Shown here in pieces: positions 19,561 to 29,279 of a stretch of DNA of 62,789 bases (its first letter is position 1; every line of letters starts with the position of its first letter). Origin of the DNA: Dehalococcoidales bacterium (GTDB taxonomy: Bacteria > Chloroflexota > Dehalococcoidia > Dehalococcoidales > UBA1222); contig JAEESL010000003.1 of assembly GCA_016286345.1 (NCBI GenBank), forward strand, positions 1 through 62,789. The letters run 5' to 3'. The position numbers and the translations under genes are program-made. The notes beneath the pieces were generated by a model that was not told the origin of the DNA, searched no databases, and saw only the letters and a program-made list of their open reading frames with translations.

Positions 19561-19603
19561 AATGGTGCAGTCAGATCCATGGTCGGCTGCACCATTTTGT
19601 TTA
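19561..19603 (+). terminator. rho-independent terminator after degV-family gene
   Basis: AATGGTGCAG (19561-19570) pairs with CTGCACCATT (19587-19596), followed by TTGTTT. A second small hairpin GAAGCA-gtat-TGCTTC plus TTTT follows about 15 bp later. Confidence 0.75.
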
Positions 19604-19654
19604 TACATCCAACAGAAGCAGTATTGCTTCTTTTATAAAATCCTCTGTTCGGTA

Positions 19655-19663
19655 TGATATAAT
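19655..19663 (+). promoter_or_regulatory. extended -10 element TGaTATAAT
   Basis: Read directly from the sequence, 58 bp upstream of the 19721 start. The -35 region is poor. A 7-bp-stem hairpin CCGGAGA...TCTCCGG lies in the predicted leader. Confidence 0.35.
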
Positions 19664-19720
19664 GTCCGAAATAACCGGAGAAATATTATCTCCGGATGGT
19701 GTCAGAGAGGCAATGGAATC

Positions 19721-21361
19721 ATGTATAAATGTCCTAATTGTGGCGCTGAACTAAATTTTGACATCGCATCTCAGAAACTATCCTGTGAATACTGTCTTTC
19801 GCAATTTACTCCCGAAGAACTGAATCAGTTAGGCCAGGGAAAGAAAGTTGAACCTGAAGAGGATTTCTACGAGGCAGAGATATTCAAATGCCCCAGCTGC
19901 GGAGGCGAAATAACAGGTCTCAAAGGTGCTATGTTGGATTACTGCCCGTACTGCAGCGCATCAGTAATGCTTGAGGGCAGGACAGGTAAGATCAAAAGCC
20001 CTGTAAAGATCATTCCGTTCAAATTGACCAGGGCACAGGCAGCTCAGGCATTTACTCAATTTGCATCCAAGAACCATTTTGCACCAAAGTCTTTTTATAA
20101 GTCCCATGCAACGGATTCATTCCGCGGTATCTATATGCCGTATTGGAGCTTTAATGCAACATCAAATGGCCCGATCAATGTAGATGAAATCGAAGTCCTG
20201 GATCATTCTCAGGGCAGATATGATTACTATTACAAATACAAGCTTACAGGAAATTTAGATATGTCAGCCACAGGTGAAATACATGATGCGGCTGCCAATC
20301 TTCCTGATGAAATAAGTACCAATCTTGGTGTTTATGATACCAAGGATATTGTTGATTTCCATACAGGATATATGTCTGGTCTTTATGCTGATATGGATGA
20401 TGTTCCGCCCGAAGTTTATTGGAGCGAATCGAACACCAATGCCAAAAATGCCATGGAAAGTGTTATTAAGAACAGAATCAAGGACAAGATGGGCGAAGAT
20501 GACCGTATCAAGGGTGCAGGTACAGCTTCCTTTAAGACAAATATTAAATTTGATATTGAAACAAAATCTGATCTGTTTATGTATCCGGTATGGTTCATGT
20601 CCAGAAAGACAAATGACCGGGTCCCCAGAATTTGCTATTCTGCCGTGAATGGTCAGACCGGACAGGTTACAGGTGATCTTCCTGTTGATATGGGCAGATT
20701 TTCCATTCAATGGATTATTACATCGTTGATCCTGGCTGCTGTCATCGGACTTTTATTCACGGTTCGTCCGATGCAGTTGATGGCTTATACATGTCTTGCC
20801 GATATGATTGCCGGTCTTATGTATTACTATCAGTGCAAGAAAGTAAGCATTAAAGAACAGCATTTCAATGATGTCGGTTATCTTGCTGTTTACAATGGAG
20901 AAGGCAAACCTGTATCCAGTGCGGAAAACAATAAACGGCTGAAGGATATGACCGGTAATTCAGCATCATATGGCTGTTTGCTTTCGATGTTTGTCACAAT
21001 AGTCGTTTTCTTCACTGCATTTGCAGGAGGCTCTTCGGCAGTACGTGCTTCTATTTCTTCTTTGATACTGAGTGCAATAGGTTTGGTTTACTGTGCTTTT
21101 CTGACCTTAAAGTCAAGGAAGTATATTCAAGCTGCAACTGCATTGAAGGCAACACACGGATATCTGTGGCTGAACATATCTCTTCTGATTTGTCTGGCTG
21201 TCAGGATATGGAATCCCCATGGGGATCTTCCATGGTATATAGCTTCAGTTGTTGCGGGTATCGCATGTGCACTGTCGTTCTTTGAATTGATAAAGGCACA
21301 TAACCTGCTTACCTCACGTCCTATGCCACAATTTAACAGACCGGCAAGGGAGGGCAATTAA
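19721..21361 (+). CDS. zinc-ribbon membrane protein, function unknown
   Basis: 546 aa. It has two N-terminal CxxC...CxxC ribbons (CPNCGAE...CEYC; CPSCGGE...CPYC), a ~250-aa soluble domain, and then several hydrophobic helices. Confidence 0.6.
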   Translation: MYKCPNCGAELNFDIASQKLSCEYCLSQFTPEELNQLGQGKKVEPEEDFYEAEIFKCPSCGGEITGLKGAMLDYCPYCSASVMLEGRTGKIKSPVKIIPFKLTRAQAAQAFTQFASKNHFAPKSFYKSHATDSFRGIYMPYWSFNATSNGPINVDEIEVLDHSQGRYDYYYKYKLTGNLDMSATGEIHDAAANLPDEISTNLGVYDTKDIVDFHTGYMSGLYADMDDVPPEVYWSESNTNAKNAMESVIKNRIKDKMGEDDRIKGAGTASFKTNIKFDIETKSDLFMYPVWFMSRKTNDRVPRICYSAVNGQTGQVTGDLPVDMGRFSIQWIITSLILAAVIGLLFTVRPMQLMAYTCLADMIAGLMYYYQCKKVSIKEQHFNDVGYLAVYNGEGKPVSSAENNKRLKDMTGNSASYGCLLSMFVTIVVFFTAFAGGSSAVRASISSLILSAIGLVYCAFLTLKSRKYIQAATALKATHGYLWLNISLLICLAVRIWNPHGDLPWYIASVVAGIACALSFFELIKAHNLLTSRPMPQFNRPAREGN

Positions 21362-21362
21362 A

Positions 21363-22163
21363 ATGCGTAAATTAATAACTGCATCTGTATTTGTTTTACT
21401 CTCTCTCTGCTTTGCAGCTGTTCCTCTCAGTGCTGAATATGATTTCACGCCTGATTATCATGAGGTTGCATCAAGTGGCTTTACTGCCGCTATCTATGAC
21501 GATGCCGATCTTTTATCAAAATCAGAGGAATTAGAAATAGGTGTGGATTATCTTCTTCCGATTGCTGAACAGTATGGTAATGCATATTTGATTACTCTGT
21601 ATTCTGACGGTACTGAGATCAGCACTCTTGGAGATCAGCTGTTCGATCAGTATATCGGAAATACAGCTGATGGTATTCTGTTTACAATCGATATGAAGAC
21701 CAGACAGCTTGGTCTGTGGTCTGACGGCAGTGTTCTTGATAAAATACGTCCGTCTACGGCGGATTCAATTCTTGATAATTGGTATACCTCTGCTTCACGC
21801 GGAGATTTCGCCGGATGTGCGGAAGGTGTTTTCGGAAATGTATATGATAAGCTCGGCGGAAAACATATTCCTACACCTATGAAGTGGATATCCGCTGTTG
21901 TACTGGGAATCATTATCGGTGCTTTGATAACCTATGCCAGAGCATCTTCCATTAAGAAAAACAGCGGTGTAAGCAATGAGGCCACAGCAGCAATGACTGC
22001 AGGTGCTATTGCCTTAACAGGAGTGACCCTTGTTAAAATCGGCCAGCGTACCCATTACAACCCTCCGTCAAGCAGCAGCAGTAGCGGAGGCGGACACTAC
22101 GGCGGCGGTGGCGGATTCTCCGGCGGCGGACACTCCGGCGGCGGCGGATCACATGGTTTTTAA
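21363..22163 (+). CDS. TPM-domain protein with Gly-rich C-terminal tail
   Basis: 266 aa. It has a signal peptide/TM, a TPM-like core (AIYDDADLLS...), one TM, and the tail SSSSSSGGGHYGGGGGFSGGGHSGGGGSHGF typical of YgcG/TPM proteins. Its start is 1 nt after the upstream stop. Confidence 0.7.
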   Translation: MRKLITASVFVLLSLCFAAVPLSAEYDFTPDYHEVASSGFTAAIYDDADLLSKSEELEIGVDYLLPIAEQYGNAYLITLYSDGTEISTLGDQLFDQYIGNTADGILFTIDMKTRQLGLWSDGSVLDKIRPSTADSILDNWYTSASRGDFAGCAEGVFGNVYDKLGGKHIPTPMKWISAVVLGIIIGALITYARASSIKKNSGVSNEATAAMTAGAIALTGVTLVKIGQRTHYNPPSSSSSSGGGHYGGGGGFSGGGHSGGGGSHGF

Positions 22164-22248
22164 TGTGGTCATCTGTTAAAAAATCAATGTAAATATTGAA
22201 TATTTCTACTGTATACTATTTACAGAATAATATTAGGAGAATTAATAA

Positions 22249-22791
22249 ATGGCTAAGTATGCACTGATTCTTGTCGATCTGCTCAATGATTTTATTACAG
22301 GTCCAATTTCTACTGAGCGTGCTCCCGAGATTGTTCAGCCCAACCGCAGACTGATTGATGCGGCACACGAGAAGGGTATTCCTGTTATTTATGCTAATGA
22401 TTGTCACACTCCTGAAATCGATCATGAATTTGTTGTTTGGGGTCCTCATGCTGTCGTAGGAACCAAAGGCGCAGAAGTCGTACCTGAACTTACCCCGACC
22501 GATAAAGATTACATTGTACCCAAGAAACGATACAGTGGTTTCTATGGCACAGAACTGGAACTGCTTCTCCGTGAACTCGGTGTTGATACTGTAATTATCA
22601 CCGGATGGCAGACTGACTGCTGCTGCAGACATACCGCAGCTGATGCTTTCTTCCGAGGATATAAGATTATAATTCCCAGAGAAGCAACAGATACCGATAC
22701 TCTCGAAAACTATCTGTCCGGTCTTGCATATCTTAAAAAGAACTACGGTGCAGATGTCTGTTACGTTGATGAACTGATTGATAGACTTTAG
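22249..22791 (+). CDS. isochorismatase-family cysteine hydrolase (nicotinamidase-like)
   Basis: 180 aa. It has ALILVDLLNDF, and the KKRYSGFYGTELE and GWQTDCCCRHTA motifs. Confidence 0.85.
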   Translation: MAKYALILVDLLNDFITGPISTERAPEIVQPNRRLIDAAHEKGIPVIYANDCHTPEIDHEFVVWGPHAVVGTKGAEVVPELTPTDKDYIVPKKRYSGFYGTELELLLRELGVDTVIITGWQTDCCCRHTAADAFFRGYKIIIPREATDTDTLENYLSGLAYLKKNYGADVCYVDELIDRL

Positions 22792-22814
22792 TTTCTGTTT
22801 TTGAACAATTAATA

Positions 22815-22853
22815 AAGCTCTTCCAGCAAACGCTAGAAGAGCTTATGTTTTTT
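22815..22853 (+). terminator. rho-independent terminator
   Basis: AAGCTCTTC (22815-22823) pairs with GAAGAGCTT (22836-22844), followed by ATGTTTTTT. Confidence 0.75.
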
Positions 22854-22885
22854 CAATTAATGGATTGTTGATAGCGGAAGGACAA

Positions 22886-22957
22886 AGCGGGTGACGAGAT
22901 TCGAACTCGCGACGTTTTGCTTGGGAAGCAAACACTCTACCACTGAGTTACACCCGC
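22886..22957 (-). tRNA. tRNA-Gly (anticodon CCC)
   Basis: The reverse complement GCGGGTG-TA-ACTC-AGTGGTA-GAGT-G-TTTGC-TTCCCAA-GCAAA-ACGTC-GCGAG-TTCGAAT-CTCGT-CACCCGC-T folds by hand as a cloverleaf. CCA is not encoded. Confidence 0.9.
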
Positions 22958-23091
22958 ATCATTTTCTTATTTTATCGCAATTGTTATTTTTTGACGATAT
23001 TTCCTCATCTCAATATGTTTGACCTGTATATTCAAAAAACTGGCTGTTTCCGATGATAAAATTTATACATAAACAAATCGGGATGAATGAT

Positions 23092-24096
23092 ATGAAAGAA
23101 GCATATTTATATTCAAAACTTGATGACGGGTCTGTCATATGTGATACATGTTGCAGGCACTGCCCAATTAAGAAGGGAAATACCGGTTTCTGCCGCATGT
23201 ATAAAAATATTGACGGGACATTATTCAGCACAAGCTACGGAATTGTTTCTTCATATGCCATGGATCCGATTGAGAAAAAACCGGTCTATCATTATCATCC
23301 GGCTACCCAGATATTCTCCATCGGAGGTTATGGCTGCAATTTTCATTGTGACGGCTGTCAGAATTATACAATTGCCTGTGTTGATGAAGCTGAGCACAGT
23401 GATAATTATGAGCCTGAAGACATTATTAAGCTTGCTTCACAGTGGGGGTCCGAAGGTATTGCCTTCACCTATAACGAACCTACAGTCAACTTCGAATTCA
23501 ATTATGATGTTGCAAAGCTTGCCCGTGAAAAGGGCTTATTTACTGTTTTTGTTACCAACGGTTTTATGTTGCCATCTGCACTGAAAATGATAAGCCCTTA
23601 TCTTGATGTGTTCAGAGTTGATATAAAAGGATTCTCTGAAGATGCTTATTCAAGGATTGCCAATATCAAACGCTATGGATATATTCTCCAGAATGCGATT
23701 GCTGCCAAAAAGACATACGGCATGCATGTCGAAGTGGTAACAAACATAACCCCGGATATCAATGATAATGCAAATGATCTGATCGCACTGTCAGAATGGA
23801 TCGCTGCCAGTCTGGGTAAGGATACTCCATGGCATGTCACCAGATTTTTCCCAAGATATCTGATGTCAGGAAATAAAATGACCTCACTGAACAAAATCAA
23901 GCAAACAGTGGATATCGGTCACGGCTCAGGCCTTAAATATGTTTATGCCGGCAATCTGGATGACCCGTATGCATCGGATACCCGTTGTCCGGAATGCGGA
24001 AATATCCTGATTTCAAGAAATGGGTATAATACTAGAATAGTCGGATATGAAGATGGCGTATGTAAACAGTGCCATGCCGAGGTAGACATAAAATAA
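23092..24096 (+). CDS. AmmeMemoRadiSam system radical SAM enzyme
   Basis: It has the N-terminal Cys cluster CDTCCRHCPIKKGNTGFC and the GGYGCNFHCDGCQN radical-SAM motif, with a C-terminal CPECG...CKQC. The track ORF begins at 23053; I prefer the ATG at 23092 (MKEAYLY), but the start is uncertain. Confidence 0.8.
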   Translation: MKEAYLYSKLDDGSVICDTCCRHCPIKKGNTGFCRMYKNIDGTLFSTSYGIVSSYAMDPIEKKPVYHYHPATQIFSIGGYGCNFHCDGCQNYTIACVDEAEHSDNYEPEDIIKLASQWGSEGIAFTYNEPTVNFEFNYDVAKLAREKGLFTVFVTNGFMLPSALKMISPYLDVFRVDIKGFSEDAYSRIANIKRYGYILQNAIAAKKTYGMHVEVVTNITPDINDNANDLIALSEWIAASLGKDTPWHVTRFFPRYLMSGNKMTSLNKIKQTVDIGHGSGLKYVYAGNLDDPYASDTRCPECGNILISRNGYNTRIVGYEDGVCKQCHAEVDIK

Positions 24097-24116
24097 ATCA
24101 TTAAGGTGACCGTGAG

Positions 24117-25436
24117 ATGAGTGACAGATTATCAGCCTGTGCCGGACGTTTTTTTCCTGCAGATCAGAAAGAACTGATCGAAATGCTGGATAAGTACATT
24201 GACAGATCTATCCCGAAACAGAAAGCAATCGGTGTCATGTGTCCCCATGCAGGTTATGTTTATTCAGGTATGGTCACCGGTAAATGTCTTTCGAGTGTTG
24301 AGATTCCGGATTGTGTGATAATCATGTGCCCGAATCATACAGGCTATGGTATGCCTTTCTCAGTGTGGCCTAACGGTTACTGGAAACTCCCGATCGGTGA
24401 TGTTCCGATAGATACTGAAATGGTTGACCTTATCCTTTCAAATTCGCGTCTTATTTCAATCGATAATACAGCTCATCTTCAGGAACATGCATGTGAAGTG
24501 CAGGTTCCTTTTCTATACTATTTGAATCCGAATGTGAAGATAGTGCCTATCGTGGTCCGAAACACGACCGTTTCACAGTATATGGAGCTTGGACACAGCA
24601 TAGCCCAGGCAATCGATGCATCACACAGACAGGTCCTTATCCTGGCATCAAGTGATATGACTCATTATGAACCTCATGCACAGGCAACCAGAAAAGACAG
24701 AATGGCTTTGGATTATATAGAGAAGCTTGACGTTGAGGGACTTGAGAACAAACTGACGGAAAAGCATATAACAATGTGCGGTGATGCACCTGTTTCGGTA
24801 ATGATGGCAGCAGCAAAGGAGCTGGGAGCAACCCATGGAGAAGTTCTCCAATACAGAACAAGCGGTGATGCCTGCGGGGATTATTCGTCTGTTGTTGGAT
24901 ATGCCGCAGTGATTGTTCCTTCTTCCCAAAAGAGCGATGTCGTTAAACTGGCCTCTTTAACAATCGAGACTATGGTCAGGGAAAACAAGACTCCCGAGAT
25001 ACCTGCAGATCCCACCATGGGAGGTATTGAACCTGCCGGGTGCTTTGTTTCGATCCATAAGGATGGAGACCTGAGAGGTTGTATCGGGACGATTCAGCCT
25101 ACACAAAGTACAATCGCTGAAGAGATCATACGTAACGCTGTCAGCGCTTCAATGCATGATCCGAGATTCCAACCCATAACTTCAGATGAACTGGATAAAC
25201 TTGAAATCAATGTTGATATCCTGACCAAACCTGAACGTATTGATTCTGAACAGGATCTTGATGTCAAAAAGTACGGCTGCATAGTTGAATGCGGGTCAAG
25301 AAGGGGATTACTGCTTCCCGATCTTGATGGAGTAAACACAGTTGCACAGCAGATAGACATCTGCCGCAGAAAAGGCGGCATCGGGCCATTTGAACCAATC
25401 ACTTTGTACAGATTTGAAGTTAAGAGATATAAGTAA
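24117..25436 (+). CDS. fusion of AmmeMemoRadiSam protein B (Memo-like) and protein A (AMMECR1 domain)
   Basis: 439 aa. The N-terminal half has AGRFFPADQKEL and CPHAGYVYSG (Memo family). The C-terminal ~170 aa have GCFVSIHKDGDLRGCIGTIQP and RGLLLP (AMMECR1). Confidence 0.8.
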   Translation: MSDRLSACAGRFFPADQKELIEMLDKYIDRSIPKQKAIGVMCPHAGYVYSGMVTGKCLSSVEIPDCVIIMCPNHTGYGMPFSVWPNGYWKLPIGDVPIDTEMVDLILSNSRLISIDNTAHLQEHACEVQVPFLYYLNPNVKIVPIVVRNTTVSQYMELGHSIAQAIDASHRQVLILASSDMTHYEPHAQATRKDRMALDYIEKLDVEGLENKLTEKHITMCGDAPVSVMMAAAKELGATHGEVLQYRTSGDACGDYSSVVGYAAVIVPSSQKSDVVKLASLTIETMVRENKTPEIPADPTMGGIEPAGCFVSIHKDGDLRGCIGTIQPTQSTIAEEIIRNAVSASMHDPRFQPITSDELDKLEINVDILTKPERIDSEQDLDVKKYGCIVECGSRRGLLLPDLDGVNTVAQQIDICRRKGGIGPFEPITLYRFEVKRYK

Positions 25437-25471
25437 TCCTGCCGAATCAGTCGTTACTGTTTTATAGAAAA

Positions 25472-26047
25472 ATGGGAAATATCATATCGCTTATTATCGG
25501 ATATCTTTTCGGTAACTTTCTTACAGCGGAATTTGTTGTTGGAAAGCTTACGGGGAAAAGCCCGTTTTCATATGGATCCAGGAATCCGGGTATGGTAAAT
25601 GTGATCAGTCATGCCGGCCTGAAATACGGGATCATTGTTTTGATCGGTGATGTTCTTAAAACTGTAATTGCCTGTTTCATTGCATACTTGATTTTCAGAG
25701 ACAGAATAGTAATGCTTTATGCCGGCCTTGGTGCAACACTGGGGCATGATTATCCCTTCTGGCACAGGTTTTCCGGTGGGGAAGGTGTGGCAACTACATG
25801 TACTGCAATCGTCTGTTTCAGCCCGTTGTATGGTCTGATATCAGATGTTTTCGGACTTCTGCTTATGCTGTTCAGATCTGGATCGGCGATCGGATCTGTC
25901 GGTATCACATTAGCTTTTACTGTTTTAGCGTGGTACTACCTTGGGCCTGAAGCGGGCATTCTTGCAATAATACAGATGCTTGTCATGATCCAGCGTCAGT
26001 GGGCAGTCCGGAATAGAAGGATTCCTGATAATATCGAGAAATCATAA
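25472..26047 (+). CDS. plsY: glycerol-3-phosphate acyltransferase PlsY
   Basis: 191 aa and polytopic. It has GSRNPGMVNV and LGHDYPFW...GGEGVAT motifs. Confidence 0.85.
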   Translation: MGNIISLIIGYLFGNFLTAEFVVGKLTGKSPFSYGSRNPGMVNVISHAGLKYGIIVLIGDVLKTVIACFIAYLIFRDRIVMLYAGLGATLGHDYPFWHRFSGGEGVATTCTAIVCFSPLYGLISDVFGLLLMLFRSGSAIGSVGITLAFTVLAWYYLGPEAGILAIIQMLVMIQRQWAVRNRRIPDNIEKS

Positions 26048-26078
26048 TACTTCTTCTGTTGAATGATATAATAAATAC

Positions 26079-27437
26079 ATGGATCTTTTTGATTACAAAA
26101 TGTCTCAGGATGGCTCGTTTGATGCCCCGCTGGCATCAAGAATGCGTCCGCGTTCACTGGATGAATACGTAGGCCAGGAACATATAATCGGCCAGGGAAG
26201 AGCCCTGCGCAAGGCTATTGAATCCGGAAAACTTCCTTCGATCATTTTCTGGGGTCCTCCTGGATCCGGCAAGACCACTTTAGCCAATATCATGGCCAAT
26301 TCATCAGATGCCTGTTTTGCTCCTGTTTCGGCTGTAACTGCCGGAGTCGGTGATGTAAGAAAGATCATCAATGAAGCCCGTGACAGACTTAAAATGAATG
26401 GTCAGCATACTATTCTGTTCATTGATGAGATCCACAGATTTAATAAGGCTCAGCAGGATTCCATCCTTCCTTTTGTCGAGGATGGTACTGTGACTCTGAT
26501 TGGAGCTACCACTGAGAATCCGTCTTTCTCAGTCATTTCTCCTCTCTTATCCCGCTCACAGGTTTATATCCTCAAGGCATTGTCCGATGATGATCTGAAG
26601 ACCATTCTCAACAGAGCATTGAACGATAAGGAAAGGGGACTTGGTTCCTTTAACTGCAGTATAGATGATGATGCACTGAACCATATCATTGGCATTTCAA
26701 ATAATGATGCTAGAAGTGCTCTGAACGCACTTGAGGCATCTGCAATGACGACTCTTCCCGATGAGAATGGAGTAAGACACATTACTCTTTCTTTGGTTGA
26801 AGATATCCTTCAGCAGAGATCTCTGCTGTACGATAAGAACGGCGAACAGCATTATGACATTATCTCAGCTCTTCACAAGACGATCAGAGGATCGGATCCC
26901 GATGCTGCTCTTTACTGGCTTGCGAGAATGCTCGAAGCAGGTGAAGATCCGCTGTATATTGCCAGACGTCTTGTCAGGGCAGCAACAGAGGATGTAGGTA
27001 TGGCTGATCCCCAGGCACTTCCGATTTGTATTGCAGCCCAGCAGACTGTACAGTTTTTAGGTATGCCTGAAGCAAACCTTGCTTTAGCTGAGGCAGTTGT
27101 CTATCTTGCAACAGCTCCCAAGAGCAATTCGGTATATATGGCTTACGGCAGGGTGCAGAGAGAGGTTTCAAAAGGCAGGAACGAACCTGTTCCTCTTCAT
27201 CTGCGCAATGCACCGACCAAACTTATGAAGGATAATGATTACGGAAAAGGCTACAAATATGCCCACGATTATCCGGGTCACTTTGTCAGACAGCAGAACC
27301 TTCCTGATGCAATAAAGGATAAAACATTTTATTTCCCGACAACTCTCGGATATGAAAAGACTGTCACCGCAAGAATGAGATACTGGTGGCCGGAACGATT
27401 TCAGAAGTCCGGTGATCCGTCAGATGATGTGGTCTGA
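26079..27437 (+). CDS. rarA: replication-associated recombination protein A (AAA+ ATPase)
   Basis: 452 aa. It has GPPGSGKTTLA, ILFIDEIHRFNKAQQD, GATTENPSF, and the DAALYWLARML MgsA C-terminal domain. Confidence 0.9.
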   Translation: MDLFDYKMSQDGSFDAPLASRMRPRSLDEYVGQEHIIGQGRALRKAIESGKLPSIIFWGPPGSGKTTLANIMANSSDACFAPVSAVTAGVGDVRKIINEARDRLKMNGQHTILFIDEIHRFNKAQQDSILPFVEDGTVTLIGATTENPSFSVISPLLSRSQVYILKALSDDDLKTILNRALNDKERGLGSFNCSIDDDALNHIIGISNNDARSALNALEASAMTTLPDENGVRHITLSLVEDILQQRSLLYDKNGEQHYDIISALHKTIRGSDPDAALYWLARMLEAGEDPLYIARRLVRAATEDVGMADPQALPICIAAQQTVQFLGMPEANLALAEAVVYLATAPKSNSVYMAYGRVQREVSKGRNEPVPLHLRNAPTKLMKDNDYGKGYKYAHDYPGHFVRQQNLPDAIKDKTFYFPTTLGYEKTVTARMRYWWPERFQKSGDPSDDVV

Positions 27438-27562
27438 TCCGATTCTTAAGCATTGAAGCTTATCATTTTTATACAAATACTGTGCCTGTGTTGATTAACA
27501 ATATCAAAAAACGTTAAAATACCAAAATGACGTCTTTCTAGACGCTTGGAGAAGTATTATCT

Positions 27563-29275
27563 ATGAAAGTTAAAATAACAGACACAACACTTAGAGATGC
27601 CCATCAGTCACTGATTGCGACAAGAATGAGAACTCGCGATATGCTTGAGATCGCATCAGATCTTGATAAAGTCGGTTTTTATTCACTTGAAATGTGGGGC
27701 GGTGCCACCTTTGACGCACAGATCAGATTTCTGAATGAAGATCCCTGGGAAAGACTCAGAGAGATCAGAAAACGTGTTAAGAATACACCGTTGCAGATGC
27801 TGCTCAGAGGTCAGAACCTTGTCGGATACAGACATTACGCTGATGATGTCGTAGATGAATTCGTACGATTATCAGTCAAGAACGGAATGGACATCTTCAG
27901 AGTTTTTGATGCATTGAACGATATCCGAAACATGAAGAGCTCCATCGAAGCTGTCAAGAAATATGGCGCTCATGCCCAGGGTACCATTTGCTATACCACC
28001 AGCCCTGTTCATAATAATGATATATTTGCCGATATGGCAGTAAAGCTGGCCGAAATGGGATGTGATTCCATTTGTATTAAGGATATGGCCGGTCTTATTA
28101 CTCCGCATGCAGCTGAAGATCTTGTGACCAAGATCAAAAAGAAAGTTGATCTTCCTCTTGATCTTCATTCACATTGTACAAGCGGAATGGCAAGTATCAG
28201 CTATTTCACTGCAGCAAATGCGGGTTGTGATATTCTTGATACCGCTTTCTCGGCTTTCAGTGAAGGAACTTCACAGCCTCCTACTGAATCAATGGTTGCA
28301 TCTTTTGCCGGTACTCCTCTTGATACCGGTCTTGATCTTGATCTTCTTAACAGAATTGAAAAGAAAGTCAATGTTATCTGTAATAGATATGCTTCTTTAT
28401 TCGCTCCATCTGTTGCCAAACCTGATGCCGGAGTTCTTGTCCATCAGATTCCTGGCGGTATGATCTCAAATCTTGTAAGTCAGTTAAAGCAGCAGAATGC
28501 TCTTGATAAACTTGATGAAGTACTTGCCGAAGTTCCCAAGGTCCGTGCAGAACTTGGTTATCCTCCTCTCGTTACTCCTTCCAGCCAGGTTATCGGAACA
28601 CAGGCTGTTCTGAATGTACTTTACGGCGAGCGCTACAAGCAGGTAACAAAAGAAACTAAGAATTATGTCATGGGTTACTATGGCGAAATTCCTCATAAAA
28701 TATCAGATGAAATCATCCGCAAGGTCGTAGGTGATGCCAAACCCATTACCTGCAGACCTGCAGATCTTCTCCAGCCTGAACTCCCCAATGCAAGGGAAGT
28801 TCTTGCCAAGGAAAATATCCATGCTTCCGAAGAGAATGTTGTCACATATGCAATGTATCCCGAAATTGCCATTAAGTTCCTTAAGGGTGAAATAAAGGAA
28901 GAACAGATCGCACCTGTCAAAACTGAAAAAGCACCTGAAACCAAACCGGCACCTGTCGTTACTCCTTCCGAATTCAGCGTGGAAGTTGACGGAGAAGAAT
29001 ACACAGTGAGAGTTTCTCCTCTTGGTGCAATAACTGCGGCTCCGGCTGCAACATTTGATGAAAAGAAAGCCATTAAGGCTCCTATGAACGGCATGATCCT
29101 GTCAGTTGCCGTTAAAGTCGGCGATACGATCAAGGAAGGTTCTCTTGTAGCCACCATTGAAGCAATGAAGATGGCCAGTGAGATACTCAGTGACAGATCC
29201 GGAGTGGTATCTCAGATCCTTGTCAAGAATGGTGATATGGTCAGTTCTAAACAGGCCATAGTGGTGGTTGAATAA
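27563..29275 (+). CDS. pycB: pyruvate carboxylase subunit B / oxaloacetate decarboxylase alpha-type carboxyltransferase with C-terminal biotinyl domain
   Basis: 570 aa. It has ITDTTLRDAHQSL, a TIM-barrel carboxyltransferase domain, and the biotin attachment motif IEAMKM. It is followed directly by a biotin carboxylase gene. Confidence 0.8.
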   Translation: MKVKITDTTLRDAHQSLIATRMRTRDMLEIASDLDKVGFYSLEMWGGATFDAQIRFLNEDPWERLREIRKRVKNTPLQMLLRGQNLVGYRHYADDVVDEFVRLSVKNGMDIFRVFDALNDIRNMKSSIEAVKKYGAHAQGTICYTTSPVHNNDIFADMAVKLAEMGCDSICIKDMAGLITPHAAEDLVTKIKKKVDLPLDLHSHCTSGMASISYFTAANAGCDILDTAFSAFSEGTSQPPTESMVASFAGTPLDTGLDLDLLNRIEKKVNVICNRYASLFAPSVAKPDAGVLVHQIPGGMISNLVSQLKQQNALDKLDEVLAEVPKVRAELGYPPLVTPSSQVIGTQAVLNVLYGERYKQVTKETKNYVMGYYGEIPHKISDEIIRKVVGDAKPITCRPADLLQPELPNAREVLAKENIHASEENVVTYAMYPEIAIKFLKGEIKEEQIAPVKTEKAPETKPAPVVTPSEFSVEVDGEEYTVRVSPLGAITAAPAATFDEKKAIKAPMNGMILSVAVKVGDTIKEGSLVATIEAMKMASEILSDRSGVVSQILVKNGDMVSSKQAIVVVE

Positions 29276-29279
29276 TAAA

